From positions 1 through 60,444 of the forward strand of contig CALINM010000065.1 of assembly GCA_938045315.1 (NCBI GenBank): a DNA stretch of 60,444 bases. Reading direction: 5' to 3'. The stretch's first letter is position 1. Every line of letters begins with the position of its first letter. The stretch is from an uncultured bacterium. GTDB taxonomy: Bacteria > CALINM01. Position numbers and translations under genes: made by a program. The notes under the pieces are model-generated. The model did not search any database, had not been told where the DNA came from, and worked only from the letters and a program-made list of their open reading frames with translations. This document shows, one piece after another, positions 28,833-38,534 of the stretch.

Positions 28833-28833
28833 A

Positions 28834-30543
28834 CTACAAGACTAATTCTTCAGGTTTGCCAGGATAAAATCCCTGTCCTAAATCAATCCCTAAATTAATA
28901 GCCTCTTTTAATACATTTTCATCTTCCACATATTCAGCTATAACGGCTACATTGTGCATCTTGCAGATATTTGTTATAGAATCAACGATAAGTTTGTCCT
29001 TTGTATTGTGTTTAATATTTTTTACAAACTCTCCTTCAATCTTAACAAAATCTGATGGGAGGGATTTCAAATATAAAAAAGACGAATAACCAGAGCCAGA
29101 ATCATCGATAGCAAATTTAAAACCCAACCCTTTTATTTTAATACAATTCTCAATAAGTTTATCCAGGTCATCAACTGCTTCCCACTCTACAATTTCAAAA
29201 ACAATCTTTTCACTATTTACATTATATTCTTCCACTAGTTTTTCAAGATGCTTTAAAAGATTCGGATTTGAGAGTGTTATTGGGGTTAGATTAATAAATA
29301 TAAAGTGATCAATATTTTTTTAGATGAAATTTTGAAAATTTTTTCCAATACTAAAAGATCAAACCCAACAGAAAGTTTAAGCTTTTTAATAACATTTATA
29401 AACTTGTCAGCGCCTATTATAATCTCTCCAACCTCTTACTTCGTCAAAACTTCGTAACCAAAAATTTTACTGGAATTAAGAGAATAAATAGGCTGTAAAC
29501 TAAATCTTATGCCTCTATTCTTTAAGGCTTCAATTATCCTTAAAGAGAGCTCTGCATCATCTTTAAAAAAGACAGCATCTCATTTTTTTCAGGAATCATA
29601 AGGGAATTTTTATATAATCTTTTACCCTTAAGAACCATATTATCAGCCAGAATAAATAAATCTTTGGCTGAATGAGCATTGTCAGGATATATAGCTATCC
29701 CTATAGTAGCAGTTAAACCATGTAATATCATATCTTCATTAACATAAAATTTGTGGTTATAAAGACGCTCTTTAAAAGAATTTGCTATATTAAGCGCTCT
29801 ATCTAAATCAATATCAAATAGAATACCCGCAAACTCATCACCCCCATATCTCGAAATGAAATGATTCCCTGAAAAATATTCTTCAAGAATTTTAGCTATT
29901 TTTTGCAAAAATCTGTCGCCAATATAATGACCATATTTATCATTAATATTTTTAAAATTATCTAAATCAACAACTAAAACTGCTAATTTTTTATTGTGCT
30001 CTTTAGCAATATTGATTCTGAAGTCAAGTTCATCCCAGAAGGCTCTTTGGTTATAAAGGTTTGTCAGCGAATCTCTCATAAACAAATGTTCAATTTCTTC
30101 AACTTTTTTAGATAATATCTTAATTGTTGCTTCCACATTGTTAAAAAAGGTCAAAAGACTTTCAAGAATTAAATTTTTGTTACTATCCTCAATAAATTCC
30201 TTTGTTATAACACCACCTATACACTTCGATAGGAATGGGGCTTCCATCTCCTTATAATAAATTTTAAATGGGTCATTACCAATTTCTATCTCCCCCCATC
30301 TAAAACAGTTTGCACATTTTTTCTGGGGTGGGACTTTCCTAAAATAATCTGTTATTACTTCTTTTGCTTCTTCCAGACACTGAATATTAACATTCAAATA
30401 TAAATTAATTTCCTTCTCTTTTTGACTCAATAAAAAAAATAACCATCTACTTGTAGAAACTGCTGTATCTCCAGAACAAACTTTTTGATAAATAGATCCG
30501 GGTTTTTTAAAGTTTCAAATGTAATCATATATCTTTCAAACAT
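28834..30543 (-). pseudogene. GAF-like sensor / GGDEF diguanylate cyclase / EAL phosphodiesterase gene disrupted by three frameshifts and one TAA
   Basis: The track ORFs 29540..30430 (RYGGDEF) and 28834..29235 (DDSGSGYSS, QGFYPGKP) are fragments. Manual translation joins them through IIEALKNRGIRFSLQPIYS...FGYEVLTK*EVGE...FINLTPITL. Lesions: A8 at 30432-30439, A6 at 29565-29570, T7 at 29315-29321 (each one base short), and TAA at 29438..29436. Confidence 0.7.
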
Positions 30544-30545
30544 TC

Positions 30546-30953
30546 TTATAATTTATTTAAATCTCCCCTGTCCACCGCAAGTTGCTTGACTCTTTTTAAA
30601 TACTTTTCTATTTCAAATAAAAGAACATCATATTCCTTAAAAAAAAGGCTATACTTATTAAAATCAATTTTTGCTAAATCTTCGATTGAATTTAGTTCAT
30701 TTAAAATATTTTTTAGAGATAATGGGGAAGCATCTATGCTATTTCTAATGTAGTAAGCAACTATCAATGCCACCCCAAATGCTAAAGGTGCCAAAGAAAG
30801 TAATGGAATAATTAACCCTTGCTCAAACAAAACAATATTCATAGATTGAAAATCTCTTATAACAAAAAGTACAAGAAATAAGCCTGAATAAAAGCTAACA
30901 AAAGAGACTGATATTACCAATCCAAAAAAAATTTTTCTGATACTTTTGGTCAT
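30546..30953 (-). CDS. Small membrane protein (2 TM helices plus cytoplasmic coiled tail), function unknown
   Basis: Two long hydrophobic segments. Its stop is 2 nt from the ATG of the disrupted GGDEF-EAL gene, so it may be that gene's membrane partner. Confidence 0.45.
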   Translation of the reverse strand: MTKSIRKIFFGLVISVSFVSFYSGLFLVLFVIRDFQSMNIVLFEQGLIIPLLSLAPLAFGVALIVAYYIRNSIDASPLSLKNILNELNSIEDLAKIDFNKYSLFFKEYDVLLFEIEKYLKRVKQLAVDRGDLNKL

Positions 30954-31031
30954 CTATAATAGATTTTGTCATATTTATATATTAGATTTTTTTGGTTTTT
31001 TGCAATGTAAGATTGAATTAAATTTTGTAAA

Positions 31032-31065
31032 TTTTTGGGGTAGAATTTAAGTTCTACCCCAAAAA
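31032..31065 (-). terminator. Strong hairpin downstream of the molybdoenzyme operon (probable transcription terminator)
   Basis: GGGGTAGAA-tttaag-TTCTACCCC forms a 9-bp stem, extendable to 14 bp by the flanking T5/A5. It lies 2 nt after the stop at 31067. It is not fully canonical: on either strand the A-run, not a U-run, directly follows the GC core, and UUUAC follows the extended stem. Confidence 0.5.
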
Positions 31066-31066
31066 T

Positions 31067-34000
31067 TTAAACTTTAACCAATTTTACCTTTGTATCATAA
31101 AAAGAAACACTTCCACCCACTGGGTCGATCATACATGTGTTTTTTAGATGGGGATCAACCCACATGGCAGCATTGGCGTTAAAACCTGTTGCCCTCTTTG
31201 GATCACCTTTTATAACTTTACCATCAATTATAAGATCCGATGCGCCCGTTGCCCAGTGCCCATGTCCTATAGTGAATGTTATAACACCTGGCTGGATTGT
31301 TTCAGTCACAAATATTTTCCCTACAATCTCTTTTTTCTTGCCATTTTTTAGATCCCAGATACCCTCAGGATTTGTAGCTGAAACTATTTTCGCCTTATCT
31401 CCTGTTTTGAAACCATATCTTTCAGCATCTTTTTTATTTATTATTATACTATTTTCCGGATAAATCTCCCCTAGCCAGTAGTCTACAATAGTTCTTGATT
31501 TTGTCTGTGTAATATCTCTCTGTGTAATAAGGTGAAGATCAAAACCATCTGTAAGACCTGCTTCTTTTGGAGTTTTACCAAGTGCAGTAGAAACAGGGAT
31601 ATAAACACCATAACCAGGATTTGATTTCCCTGTAAAAGAGTTCTTTGTTCCTGCTGTCTTTTCTTGATACATATTTATAAGTTTGCCAAATTTATTTGTT
31701 ACTTGTTCACCCTTATACTGATCTTTATAGTCTTGGAATCTCCCTCCTCTATTCAAAACAAAGACAACCTTTCTCCAGTTTGCACCACAAATCTTTTCCC
31801 ATCTTTCTGGATTAAATACTGTTTTGGGTAAGTGCTTACGGGATTCGTAAAAGAGCTTTAGCTCTTTGTCATCAGCATCGGGAACAGGCGTTTCATCCGT
31901 TGCAATATTAGCAACCATTCTAATGTAAAGGTCATCAAATCTTGTAAAATCTTGACCTTCTCCAAAACCATTTTTACCAAACCCTGGCATACCAAGTTTT
32001 TCTGCTACTGCCATTAGGAATGTCTCGAAACACAGAGGCTGTTCTTCATCAAAAACTTTTACTGTCTCAGTTAGCGGGGCAATAACGGGCTGTCTTATCG
32101 GCTGTAACTTAGTTGGCATATTTGGATGAGAGCCTTGAAACTCCCATCTTTCAAGGTATGATAAATCAGGTATTATGTAATCCGCATAAAGGGAAGTAAC
32201 ACCTACCAATATATCTGATGCCACATAAAGGGGAACCTTTTCTAAATTTGCAAGTATATTTGTATTTGTATGTCCAGCTGGAAGCGCATAATTTGGTGCC
32301 CCCATATAGGAAAACACTGCTTTAATAGGGTATGGATACTGATCTTCCACTGATGGTAGGATTTCTTGATAGATATCACTTGCTAATGGCCACCAATTTC
32401 TCTTTGCTGGATAACCATTAAAGAGCGTTGTATCTTCGTATTTCACTTCTTGCCTGGTAATACTTATACCAAAAGTTGATATCTTTTTTGGGGTCATTTT
32501 TGAGTAATCAAAGGGCTGTCCTTCTTTACCACCTGTAATATTATAAGTAGATGGTGTAATCATGCCACCTTTCCAGTCAAAATTTCCTATAAGTAAGTTT
32601 ATTGTACACGCCAAAGTTACATTGTAGAAACCATTCGTATGCTGGGAAACACCTCTGTGAACATCTACACCCGCCTTTTTACCATGACTTGTTAGTTCAT
32701 TAGCTACCCATATAATATCATCTTTATTTACTCCACAAATGGAAGCCCACTCATCAAGGCTCTTTTTACTTACCTCTTCATATATAATTTGTAGGCTACT
32801 TTTTACTTTTATACCATTTATTTCTGTGTTTACAAAAAGATCGCCCATTACAACTTCTTTTTCATCATTTGGGTCAAAAGCAACAGGTTTGCCATCTTTC
32901 ATAACTACCAGATATTCTAATTCATGTTCTTTGCCATCCTTATCTTTGACTTTCTCTGGTCCCTTTAGACCGATCTCGTGGCCCCTTAAAAATTTTCCTG
33001 GTTTGCCTTTATCGTCTATTTTTACAAGCCAGCATGCATTTGTCCATGTTGGCTCACCAGCTTTTTTGGCAGCCCCTTTATTAGCATTTTGTAAGTATTT
33101 AGTATCATATCTTTTGTTGTCAATAATCCACCTTATAATACCTGAGAACAAAGCACCATCTTCCCCGGGTTTAACGGGTAGGTATTTCTCTGCTTTGGAA
33201 GCTAATTTACTGAAGCGAGGGTCAGCAACAGCAATCTTTGTTTTTCCAGACACTATGTTAGGCAATAATCTTACACCTCTGTTTGTGGGGCCATAATTTC
33301 CATCTATGAGATTTGCACCAACAAAAAGAATAAATTCTGAGTTTTCAATATCACTCTGCCAGTAGAATTTTTTCCCTCCACCAAACTTATTGTATTCATA
33401 TTGTTCGCTTGCAGCTTTACTTGAAAAATAAAGAGACCCTTGACATACAGTTGTATGCCCGTGTGCATTTACAGAGCCAAAATATTCATTAAAAAATCTT
33501 CTAAAAAACTGAGATCTTCCAGCCTTTTTCCTGCCCCAAAAGTAAAGAACCTGATTATTCTTTGGCCCCATATCGGGGTGATCGGGGTCTATTAAATATT
33601 GAAGTTTATCTGCATGTTTTTGTTTAAACTCTGCTACTGCAGCTTTCTTATCTTTGGCTTTTAGTATTTTCGCTACCTCATCTCTTAGTTCTTTGGCAAT
33701 TTTTGGGTCTTTGAGTACATAAAGATCCTTTAAACCCTCAACATATCTATTTTCCTCACCAGGTACATGTTTAAAAAGATATCCACCATTAACTATTTCG
33801 TTTACTGCCTGTTCAAAAGGTATGGTTATCCACTTACCTTCACCTCTTTTTCCCGCCCTTTTTAAAACCTTTGTAATTCTGTAAGGATCATAAGCTGTCT
33901 GAAGCCCTGCGTGACCTTTAGGACAAAGAGGCATATCGATACTTGAAACATCGAAGGGGGATGATTTATATTCCAGATGAGGAACAGCATTAAAGGGGTT

Positions 34001-34282
34001 ATAGGGATTGCCATCAATTTTTATTGCAAAGGCGTGCCCATTTTTCCTGTAAAGCTTAACCTTTATACCACACCCTGTATTACACTGGAGACAAACAGAG
34101 TAAATTATATTCTCTACTTTTGATAGTTCATACTCTTCTTCGGGTGTAAGAAGGCCCGCTTCAGCCCTTTTTATTAAATCGTGTGCCCACTCAATCTGTG
34201 AAGCAAGCAAAGCACCGCCTAATACAGCTGAACATTTTATAAAATCCCTTCTTGTAATTCCTTTATTTTTAATATCTTTCAT
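31067..34282 (-). CDS. Periplasmic molybdopterin (bis-MGD) oxidoreductase catalytic subunit, tetrathionate/polysulfide/thiosulfate reductase (TtrA/PsrA) type
   Basis: Tat signal GITRRDFIKCSAVLGGALLA; FS0 motif CLQCNTGC ... CPKG; 1071 aa; adjacent DmsB-type FeS subunit. The substrate cannot be assigned from sequence alone. Confidence 0.8.
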   Translation of the reverse strand: MKDIKNKGITRRDFIKCSAVLGGALLASQIEWAHDLIKRAEAGLLTPEEEYELSKVENIIYSVCLQCNTGCGIKVKLYRKNGHAFAIKIDGNPYNPFNAVPHLEYKSSPFDVSSIDMPLCPKGHAGLQTAYDPYRITKVLKRAGKRGEGKWITIPFEQAVNEIVNGGYLFKHVPGEENRYVEGLKDLYVLKDPKIAKELRDEVAKILKAKDKKAAVAEFKQKHADKLQYLIDPDHPDMGPKNNQVLYFWGRKKAGRSQFFRRFFNEYFGSVNAHGHTTVCQGSLYFSSKAASEQYEYNKFGGGKKFYWQSDIENSEFILFVGANLIDGNYGPTNRGVRLLPNIVSGKTKIAVADPRFSKLASKAEKYLPVKPGEDGALFSGIIRWIIDNKRYDTKYLQNANKGAAKKAGEPTWTNACWLVKIDDKGKPGKFLRGHEIGLKGPEKVKDKDGKEHELEYLVVMKDGKPVAFDPNDEKEVVMGDLFVNTEINGIKVKSSLQIIYEEVSKKSLDEWASICGVNKDDIIWVANELTSHGKKAGVDVHRGVSQHTNGFYNVTLACTINLLIGNFDWKGGMITPSTYNITGGKEGQPFDYSKMTPKKISTFGISITRQEVKYEDTTLFNGYPAKRNWWPLASDIYQEILPSVEDQYPYPIKAVFSYMGAPNYALPAGHTNTNILANLEKVPLYVASDILVGVTSLYADYIIPDLSYLERWEFQGSHPNMPTKLQPIRQPVIAPLTETVKVFDEEQPLCFETFLMAVAEKLGMPGFGKNGFGEGQDFTRFDDLYIRMVANIATDETPVPDADDKELKLFYESRKHLPKTVFNPERWEKICGANWRKVVFVLNRGGRFQDYKDQYKGEQVTNKFGKLINMYQEKTAGTKNSFTGKSNPGYGVYIPVSTALGKTPKEAGLTDGFDLHLITQRDITQTKSRTIVDYWLGEIYPENSIIINKKDAERYGFKTGDKAKIVSATNPEGIWDLKNGKKKEIVGKIFVTETIQPGVITFTIGHGHWATGASDLIIDGKVIKGDPKRATGFNANAAMWVDPHLKNTCMIDPVGGSVSFYDTKVKLVKV

Positions 34283-34296
34283 AATTAGCTCCCTCC

Positions 34297-35145
34297 TTAA
34301 ATTATGTAAAATACACGTGGTTTATTATATGATTTTCCGAACCGGGGTGTTTTACCTGGATAAGCCTTTCTTGCTTCATCTATAAGCTTTTCCCATTCCA
34401 CATTTTTTAGTTTAAACTTTTTATCACTAATTGCCTTTGCATTTGTATGAAACTCCTTTATGCCCTCTAACTCAACGACTGTGTTTGCTTTTATCATTTT
34501 TGAGATTAGACTACTTTCATCACTTAAATCACCAAAGTATGTAGATCGACATATACATGTAGTAACGCACATTGGTAGAATCCCCTTCTTCAATCTTGGA
34601 TAGCAAAAATGGCACTTTCTTGCATTACCAAAGGGTATTTGCTTACCTTCTCTAAAAAACTTCCTGCCATACTCAAACCATGGCCCTTTTTCCATTTCAG
34701 GAACAAATGGCGCATTTTCGGCGTGAAAACCATTTGTATCCAGGTTTCTTGCTCCGTAAGGACATGCAGGTATACACCTACCGCATCCTATACATTGCTC
34801 ATAATTTATCATAACAATTCCCGAACCCACACCTGCTTTTTCTTTATAAGTTGCTTTACCCTGATTTGGGCAGGCAGAAACACAGGGTGGATTATCGCAT
34901 TGCTGACAGGGCCTTGCGACAAAACTTCTTTTTACCTTTGGATAACTACCAGACTCTGTCTCATATACTGGTCTATACTTTATACCAGGGGGAAGTTTAT
35001 ACTCAACCATACACCCCACTGTACAGGCCAGACATAAAGTACATTTTCTTGTATCTATTAACATTGCCCATTTTGGCGATTTCTTTGCTAATGCCTTTTT
35101 TAAATCCTCTTGCATGATAATTATTTCATCTTTTCCTTCAAACAT
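34297..35145 (-). CDS. 4x[4Fe-4S] electron-transfer subunit (DmsB/PsrB/TtrB family)
   Basis: CTLCLACTVGC, CQQCDNPPCVSACP, CIGCGRCIPACP and CHFC...CVTTC motifs. A GAGGAGGG SD precedes the ATG at 35145; the track start at 35160 is a TTG inside the SD. Confidence 0.85.
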   Translation of the reverse strand: MFEGKDEIIIMQEDLKKALAKKSPKWAMLIDTRKCTLCLACTVGCMVEYKLPPGIKYRPVYETESGSYPKVKRSFVARPCQQCDNPPCVSACPNQGKATYKEKAGVGSGIVMINYEQCIGCGRCIPACPYGARNLDTNGFHAENAPFVPEMEKGPWFEYGRKFFREGKQIPFGNARKCHFCYPRLKKGILPMCVTTCICRSTYFGDLSDESSLISKMIKANTVVELEGIKEFHTNAKAISDKKFKLKNVEWEKLIDEARKAYPGKTPRFGKSYNKPRVFYII

Positions 35146-35162
35146 ACAAACCCTCCTCAAAG

Positions 35163-35465
35163 TTATTTTTTCACATGACAGGTTTTGCAGTTACCCTTTG
35201 TAGTGAAAGCTTCTTTGCCATTGTGACATTTCCCACAGGATTTACCCTTGTTCATTTCCGACATAGTTACTTTCTTGCGCTTTTCTTTCGTAACATAGGG
35301 CTCTGGATGACACATATTACAAAAAAAGCCCATCTCCACATGTCTTTCATGACTGAAGGTAACATCTCCATATCCCACTTTAAAAACCACATCTCCACCC
35401 CCTACCTTTGCAAAAACATAGGAAGCAACAAACAAAATGCTTAAGATTAGAATAGCCCGTTTCAC
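35163..35465 (-). CDS. Periplasmic triheme cytochrome c (c7/PpcA-like)
   Basis: Sec signal peptide; three CXXCH motifs (CNMCH, CGKCH, CKTCH) in about 80 mature residues; FSHERH distal His region; GTG start with GGAGGG SD. Confidence 0.8.
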   Translation of the reverse strand: MKRAILILSILFVASYVFAKVGGGDVVFKVGYGDVTFSHERHVEMGFFCNMCHPEPYVTKEKRKKVTMSEMNKGKSCGKCHNGKEAFTTKGNCKTCHVKK

Positions 35466-35523
35466 TTTGTCCCTCCTCTTAATATTTAGATTAAAAAAAT
35501 ACTTTAATAAACTAACTTAAATA

Positions 35524-35539
35524 AGCAAAAGCTGTGCCT
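35524..35539 (-). promoter_or_regulatory. Sigma-54 (-24/-12) promoter of the cytochrome c7 / FeS / molybdoenzyme operon
   Basis: Minus strand reads aGGCAC-agctt-TTGCT (GG-N10-GC spacing), about 60 nt upstream of the GTG at 35465. A GAFTGA-containing activator gene lies directly upstream. Confidence 0.6.
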
Positions 35540-35589
35540 ATAAATAATCAATTGATTTTACTATAAATTTTTTGAAAAGCTATTTAGAC

Positions 35590-35643
35590 ATTACTTTTAG
35601 GTAACAAATAGCTAAATTGATGTTACTTTTTGGTAACAAATAG
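35590..35643. promoter_or_regulatory. Tandem 22-bp enhancer (UAS) repeats, probable binding sites of the adjacent NtrC-type regulator
   Basis: ATTACTTTTAGGTAACAAATAG (35590-35611) and GTTACTTTTTGGTAACAAATAG (35622-35643). They are 20/22 identical and spaced 32 bp apart. Each contains the palindrome (G)TTAC-N6-GTAA(C). They are centred about 65 and 95 bp upstream of the -24 element. Confidence 0.55.
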
Positions 35644-35655
35644 AAGTGATTTCAT

Positions 35656-36987
35656 TTAAGCTTTTAGCTTCTCCCATAAACTCTTTCTACTAATACCTAA
35701 CATATCTGCAGCCCTTGTCTTATTCCCCTTGCAAAGGGCAATTATTTTCTTTATATACTCTTTTTCAACCTTATTTATATATTCTTCTAAAGTCATCACA
35801 TCATTAGCTGGCTCTTCCTTAAGGTTAAGAAAAAGATAAAGCTTATCCATATTTATCTCATCTTTTTTATTAGATAAAGCAACTAATCTCTCAATTAAGT
35901 TTTCTAATTCTCTAACGTTTCCAGGAAAGTCATAATCCATTAGCTTCGATATAACTTCTTTTGAAATAATAATCTCCTTACCAAAACGAGAATTATATTT
36001 TTTTATAAAATGCTCAACTAAATAGGGTATGTCATCCTTTCTCTCTCTTAAGGGTGCTATATATATGGGTATAACAGATAATCGATAATATAAATCTTCC
36101 CTAAAATTACCTTTCTTCACTTCTTCCAAAAGATTTTTGTTCGTTGCTGCAATTATTCTTACGTCAACTTGTATACTTTTGTTTCCACCTATTCTCTCTA
36201 TTACTTTATCTTGTAACACTCTTAAAAGTTTAGGTTGTAAATGCAAGGGAAAATCTCCAATTTCATCCAGAAACAATGTACCCCCATCTGCAAACTCGAA
36301 TTTCCCAATTTTTCTTGACACAGCTCCAGTAAAAGCACCTCTCTCATAACCAAAAAGCTCACTCTCTATTAGTTCACCTGGAATAGCAGAGCAGTTTATT
36401 TTAACAAAAGGTTTGTCTTTCCTTTTTCCACCATAATGAATTATATTTGCTACAAGCTCCTTCCCCGTTCCAGTCTCGCCAGTTATAAGAACAGAAGAAT
36501 CTAAATCAGCTATTCTGTTAGATATTTCATAAATCTCTTTAATCTGTCTGCTTTCGCCAACTAAATAGTGTTTTGATATTATGTTATCAAACTTTCTTTT
36601 TAAATCAATATTCTCTTCCTTTATTTTTTTAAGTTCTATAGCTCTATCAAGTACAATTATAAACTCATCAAGAGAAAAGGGTTTTGTGATATAATCAAAG
36701 GCACCTAATTTCATTGCTAAAACTGCCATCTGAATTGTACCAAATGCTGTTATAATTATAACCGGCACATCTGGCTTAATGCTTTTTACCTCCTTTAAAA
36801 TTGAAAGTCCATCTATATCAGGGAGTCTAACATCAGTTATAACACAATCTATCTCTTCTCTTTTAAAAATATCAATGCCATTTAAGCCATTTTCAGAAGT
36901 GTAAACATCATAATTTTTACTTTTCAAAAAATCTTCAAGGGTAATTCGCATTATCTTTTCATCTTCAATTATTAAAACCCTTTTCAT
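35656..36987 (-). CDS. Sigma-54-dependent response regulator (NtrC/AtoC/ZraR family enhancer-binding protein)
   Basis: Receiver domain (DVRLPDIDG), AAA+ Walker A GETGTGKE, GAFTGA sigma-54 contact loop, C-terminal Fis-type HTH. ATG at 36987 follows a GGAG SD. Confidence 0.9.
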   Translation of the reverse strand: MKRVLIIEDEKIMRITLEDFLKSKNYDVYTSENGLNGIDIFKREEIDCVITDVRLPDIDGLSILKEVKSIKPDVPVIIITAFGTIQMAVLAMKLGAFDYITKPFSLDEFIIVLDRAIELKKIKEENIDLKRKFDNIISKHYLVGESRQIKEIYEISNRIADLDSSVLITGETGTGKELVANIIHYGGKRKDKPFVKINCSAIPGELIESELFGYERGAFTGAVSRKIGKFEFADGGTLFLDEIGDFPLHLQPKLLRVLQDKVIERIGGNKSIQVDVRIIAATNKNLLEEVKKGNFREDLYYRLSVIPIYIAPLRERKDDIPYLVEHFIKKYNSRFGKEIIISKEVISKLMDYDFPGNVRELENLIERLVALSNKKDEINMDKLYLFLNLKEEPANDVMTLEEYINKVEKEYIKKIIALCKGNKTRAADMLGISRKSLWEKLKA

Positions 36988-37037
36988 TATCACTCTCCAT
37001 TACAAACTAATTTTTTAACACCTATCAACTTTCTAAA

Positions 37038-38534
37038 TCACAGGTTTTTTTCATTAGATGCATTTGGGTTATCATCAAAAATTATGCTAAACCTACTACC
37101 CTTACCTTCTTCACTTTCCACTACTATTTTTCCACCATAATTCTTGACAATTTCATAAGTAATCCAAAGCCCTAAACCTGTACCTTCACCTTGCTTTTTT
37201 GTAGTAAAGAAGGGATCAAATATTTTATTAATGTACTCTCTGGGGATTCCCGAACCATTGTCCTCAATTATAAGAAATATCTTACCCCCTTCTCTTTTGC
37301 CCTTAATTTTAATCAATCCATTTTTATCTATCGCCTGTATGGCATTAATTAAAAGATTTAGAAGTATTTGTTCAAGATCTGATCTATTGATAAGAATCTC
37401 TAAATCCCTATCAATTTCCTTTTCTATGTCTATCTTTTTCTTAGATATGTTGTATTTCGCAAACTCAATGATATGATCCACAATATCCTCTACATTTAAT
37501 AGTTCCCTTACATCTTCACCTTTTCTTGCCATCCAAAGCAGCTTTTTAACTGTGTTTTCTATTCGTTCTAATCCATCTTTTATTAGTTCAAGGTATTTTT
37601 TGCTGGACCAATCCCTCTGCTCTTCGAGCATACGAATACAGTTGAAAATACCCCCCAATGGATTATTAATTTCATGGGCAATACCTGAAGCAAGTATACC
37701 AATGGATGCTAATTTTTCAGACTGAAGAAGCATCTGGTTTCTTTTCCTTAGTTCTTCGTTTGCCACACGAATTCTTTCTATCAGGTTGTTAAATTGTGCA
37801 GTTAAGTATGCAAACTCATCATCACCTTTAACTGGCAGATAGGTATCTAATTTTTCAATATCAGTTTTTGTCATTGCTGTTGCCAGTGCTGTTATGGGTT
37901 TTACAAATATGTAACTCAGATATATAACGAGGAAGTACCCTAAAAATATAAGAAGAATGGTTATGAAAAAAAATTTTAAAATTGCAAAGGCAAACTCATT
38001 TCTTTCATTGTCTAAAGAAACTAAAAATCTCAAAGTGCCCCACTTTTTCTCACTTATAAACAGGGGCACAAGAACTTCCACATAATTGCTGAAAAAATAG
38101 TCTTTAGTGAGACTTACTATAGTTTTCTTCTCTTTATTTACCCTCCTTATTAATTCATCATCCATTGTTTTCCCATACTCTTTCAGATCTGTGTGAGATA
38201 TTACTTTATCATTATCATCAAGAACTGCTATGTATATAAAATTAAGTTTCTTCTCTGAGAAAATCTGTTGTAAGTAGTTATCTAAAAGTCCACCCTCTTC
38301 AACAAGCCCAAGCTTCTCATATATGAGGTCATTAACTATAGGAATAGCAAGAGTCTCACCAAAAAGGGTTACTCCCGTTATTATCCTTTTATATAGTGTT
38401 TTTTTCTCAAAGTTAAAAAAGTAAAAGCTTGTAATCACTGAAAGAAAAATCACTATCGAAAAGTTTATAATAATAAACTTCTTTCTAATGTTTAGCTTAA
38501 AAAGTTTTTTTAAATTCTCGAACCTGGATGACAT
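37038..38534 (-). CDS. Membrane sensor histidine kinase (periplasmic sensor domain, HAMP, HisKA, HATPase)
   Basis: Two TM segments flank a loop of about 150 aa; H-box GIAHEINNPL; N/G boxes (NLLINAIQA, DNGSGIP, GTGLGL). Confidence 0.9.
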   Translation of the reverse strand: MSSRFENLKKLFKLNIRKKFIIINFSIVIFLSVITSFYFFNFEKKTLYKRIITGVTLFGETLAIPIVNDLIYEKLGLVEEGGLLDNYLQQIFSEKKLNFIYIAVLDDNDKVISHTDLKEYGKTMDDELIRRVNKEKKTIVSLTKDYFFSNYVEVLVPLFISEKKWGTLRFLVSLDNERNEFAFAILKFFFITILLIFLGYFLVIYLSYIFVKPITALATAMTKTDIEKLDTYLPVKGDDEFAYLTAQFNNLIERIRVANEELRKRNQMLLQSEKLASIGILASGIAHEINNPLGGIFNCIRMLEEQRDWSSKKYLELIKDGLERIENTVKKLLWMARKGEDVRELLNVEDIVDHIIEFAKYNISKKKIDIEKEIDRDLEILINRSDLEQILLNLLINAIQAIDKNGLIKIKGKREGGKIFLIIEDNGSGIPREYINKIFDPFFTTKKQGEGTGLGLWITYEIVKNYGGKIVVESEEGKGSRFSIIFDDNPNASNEKNL

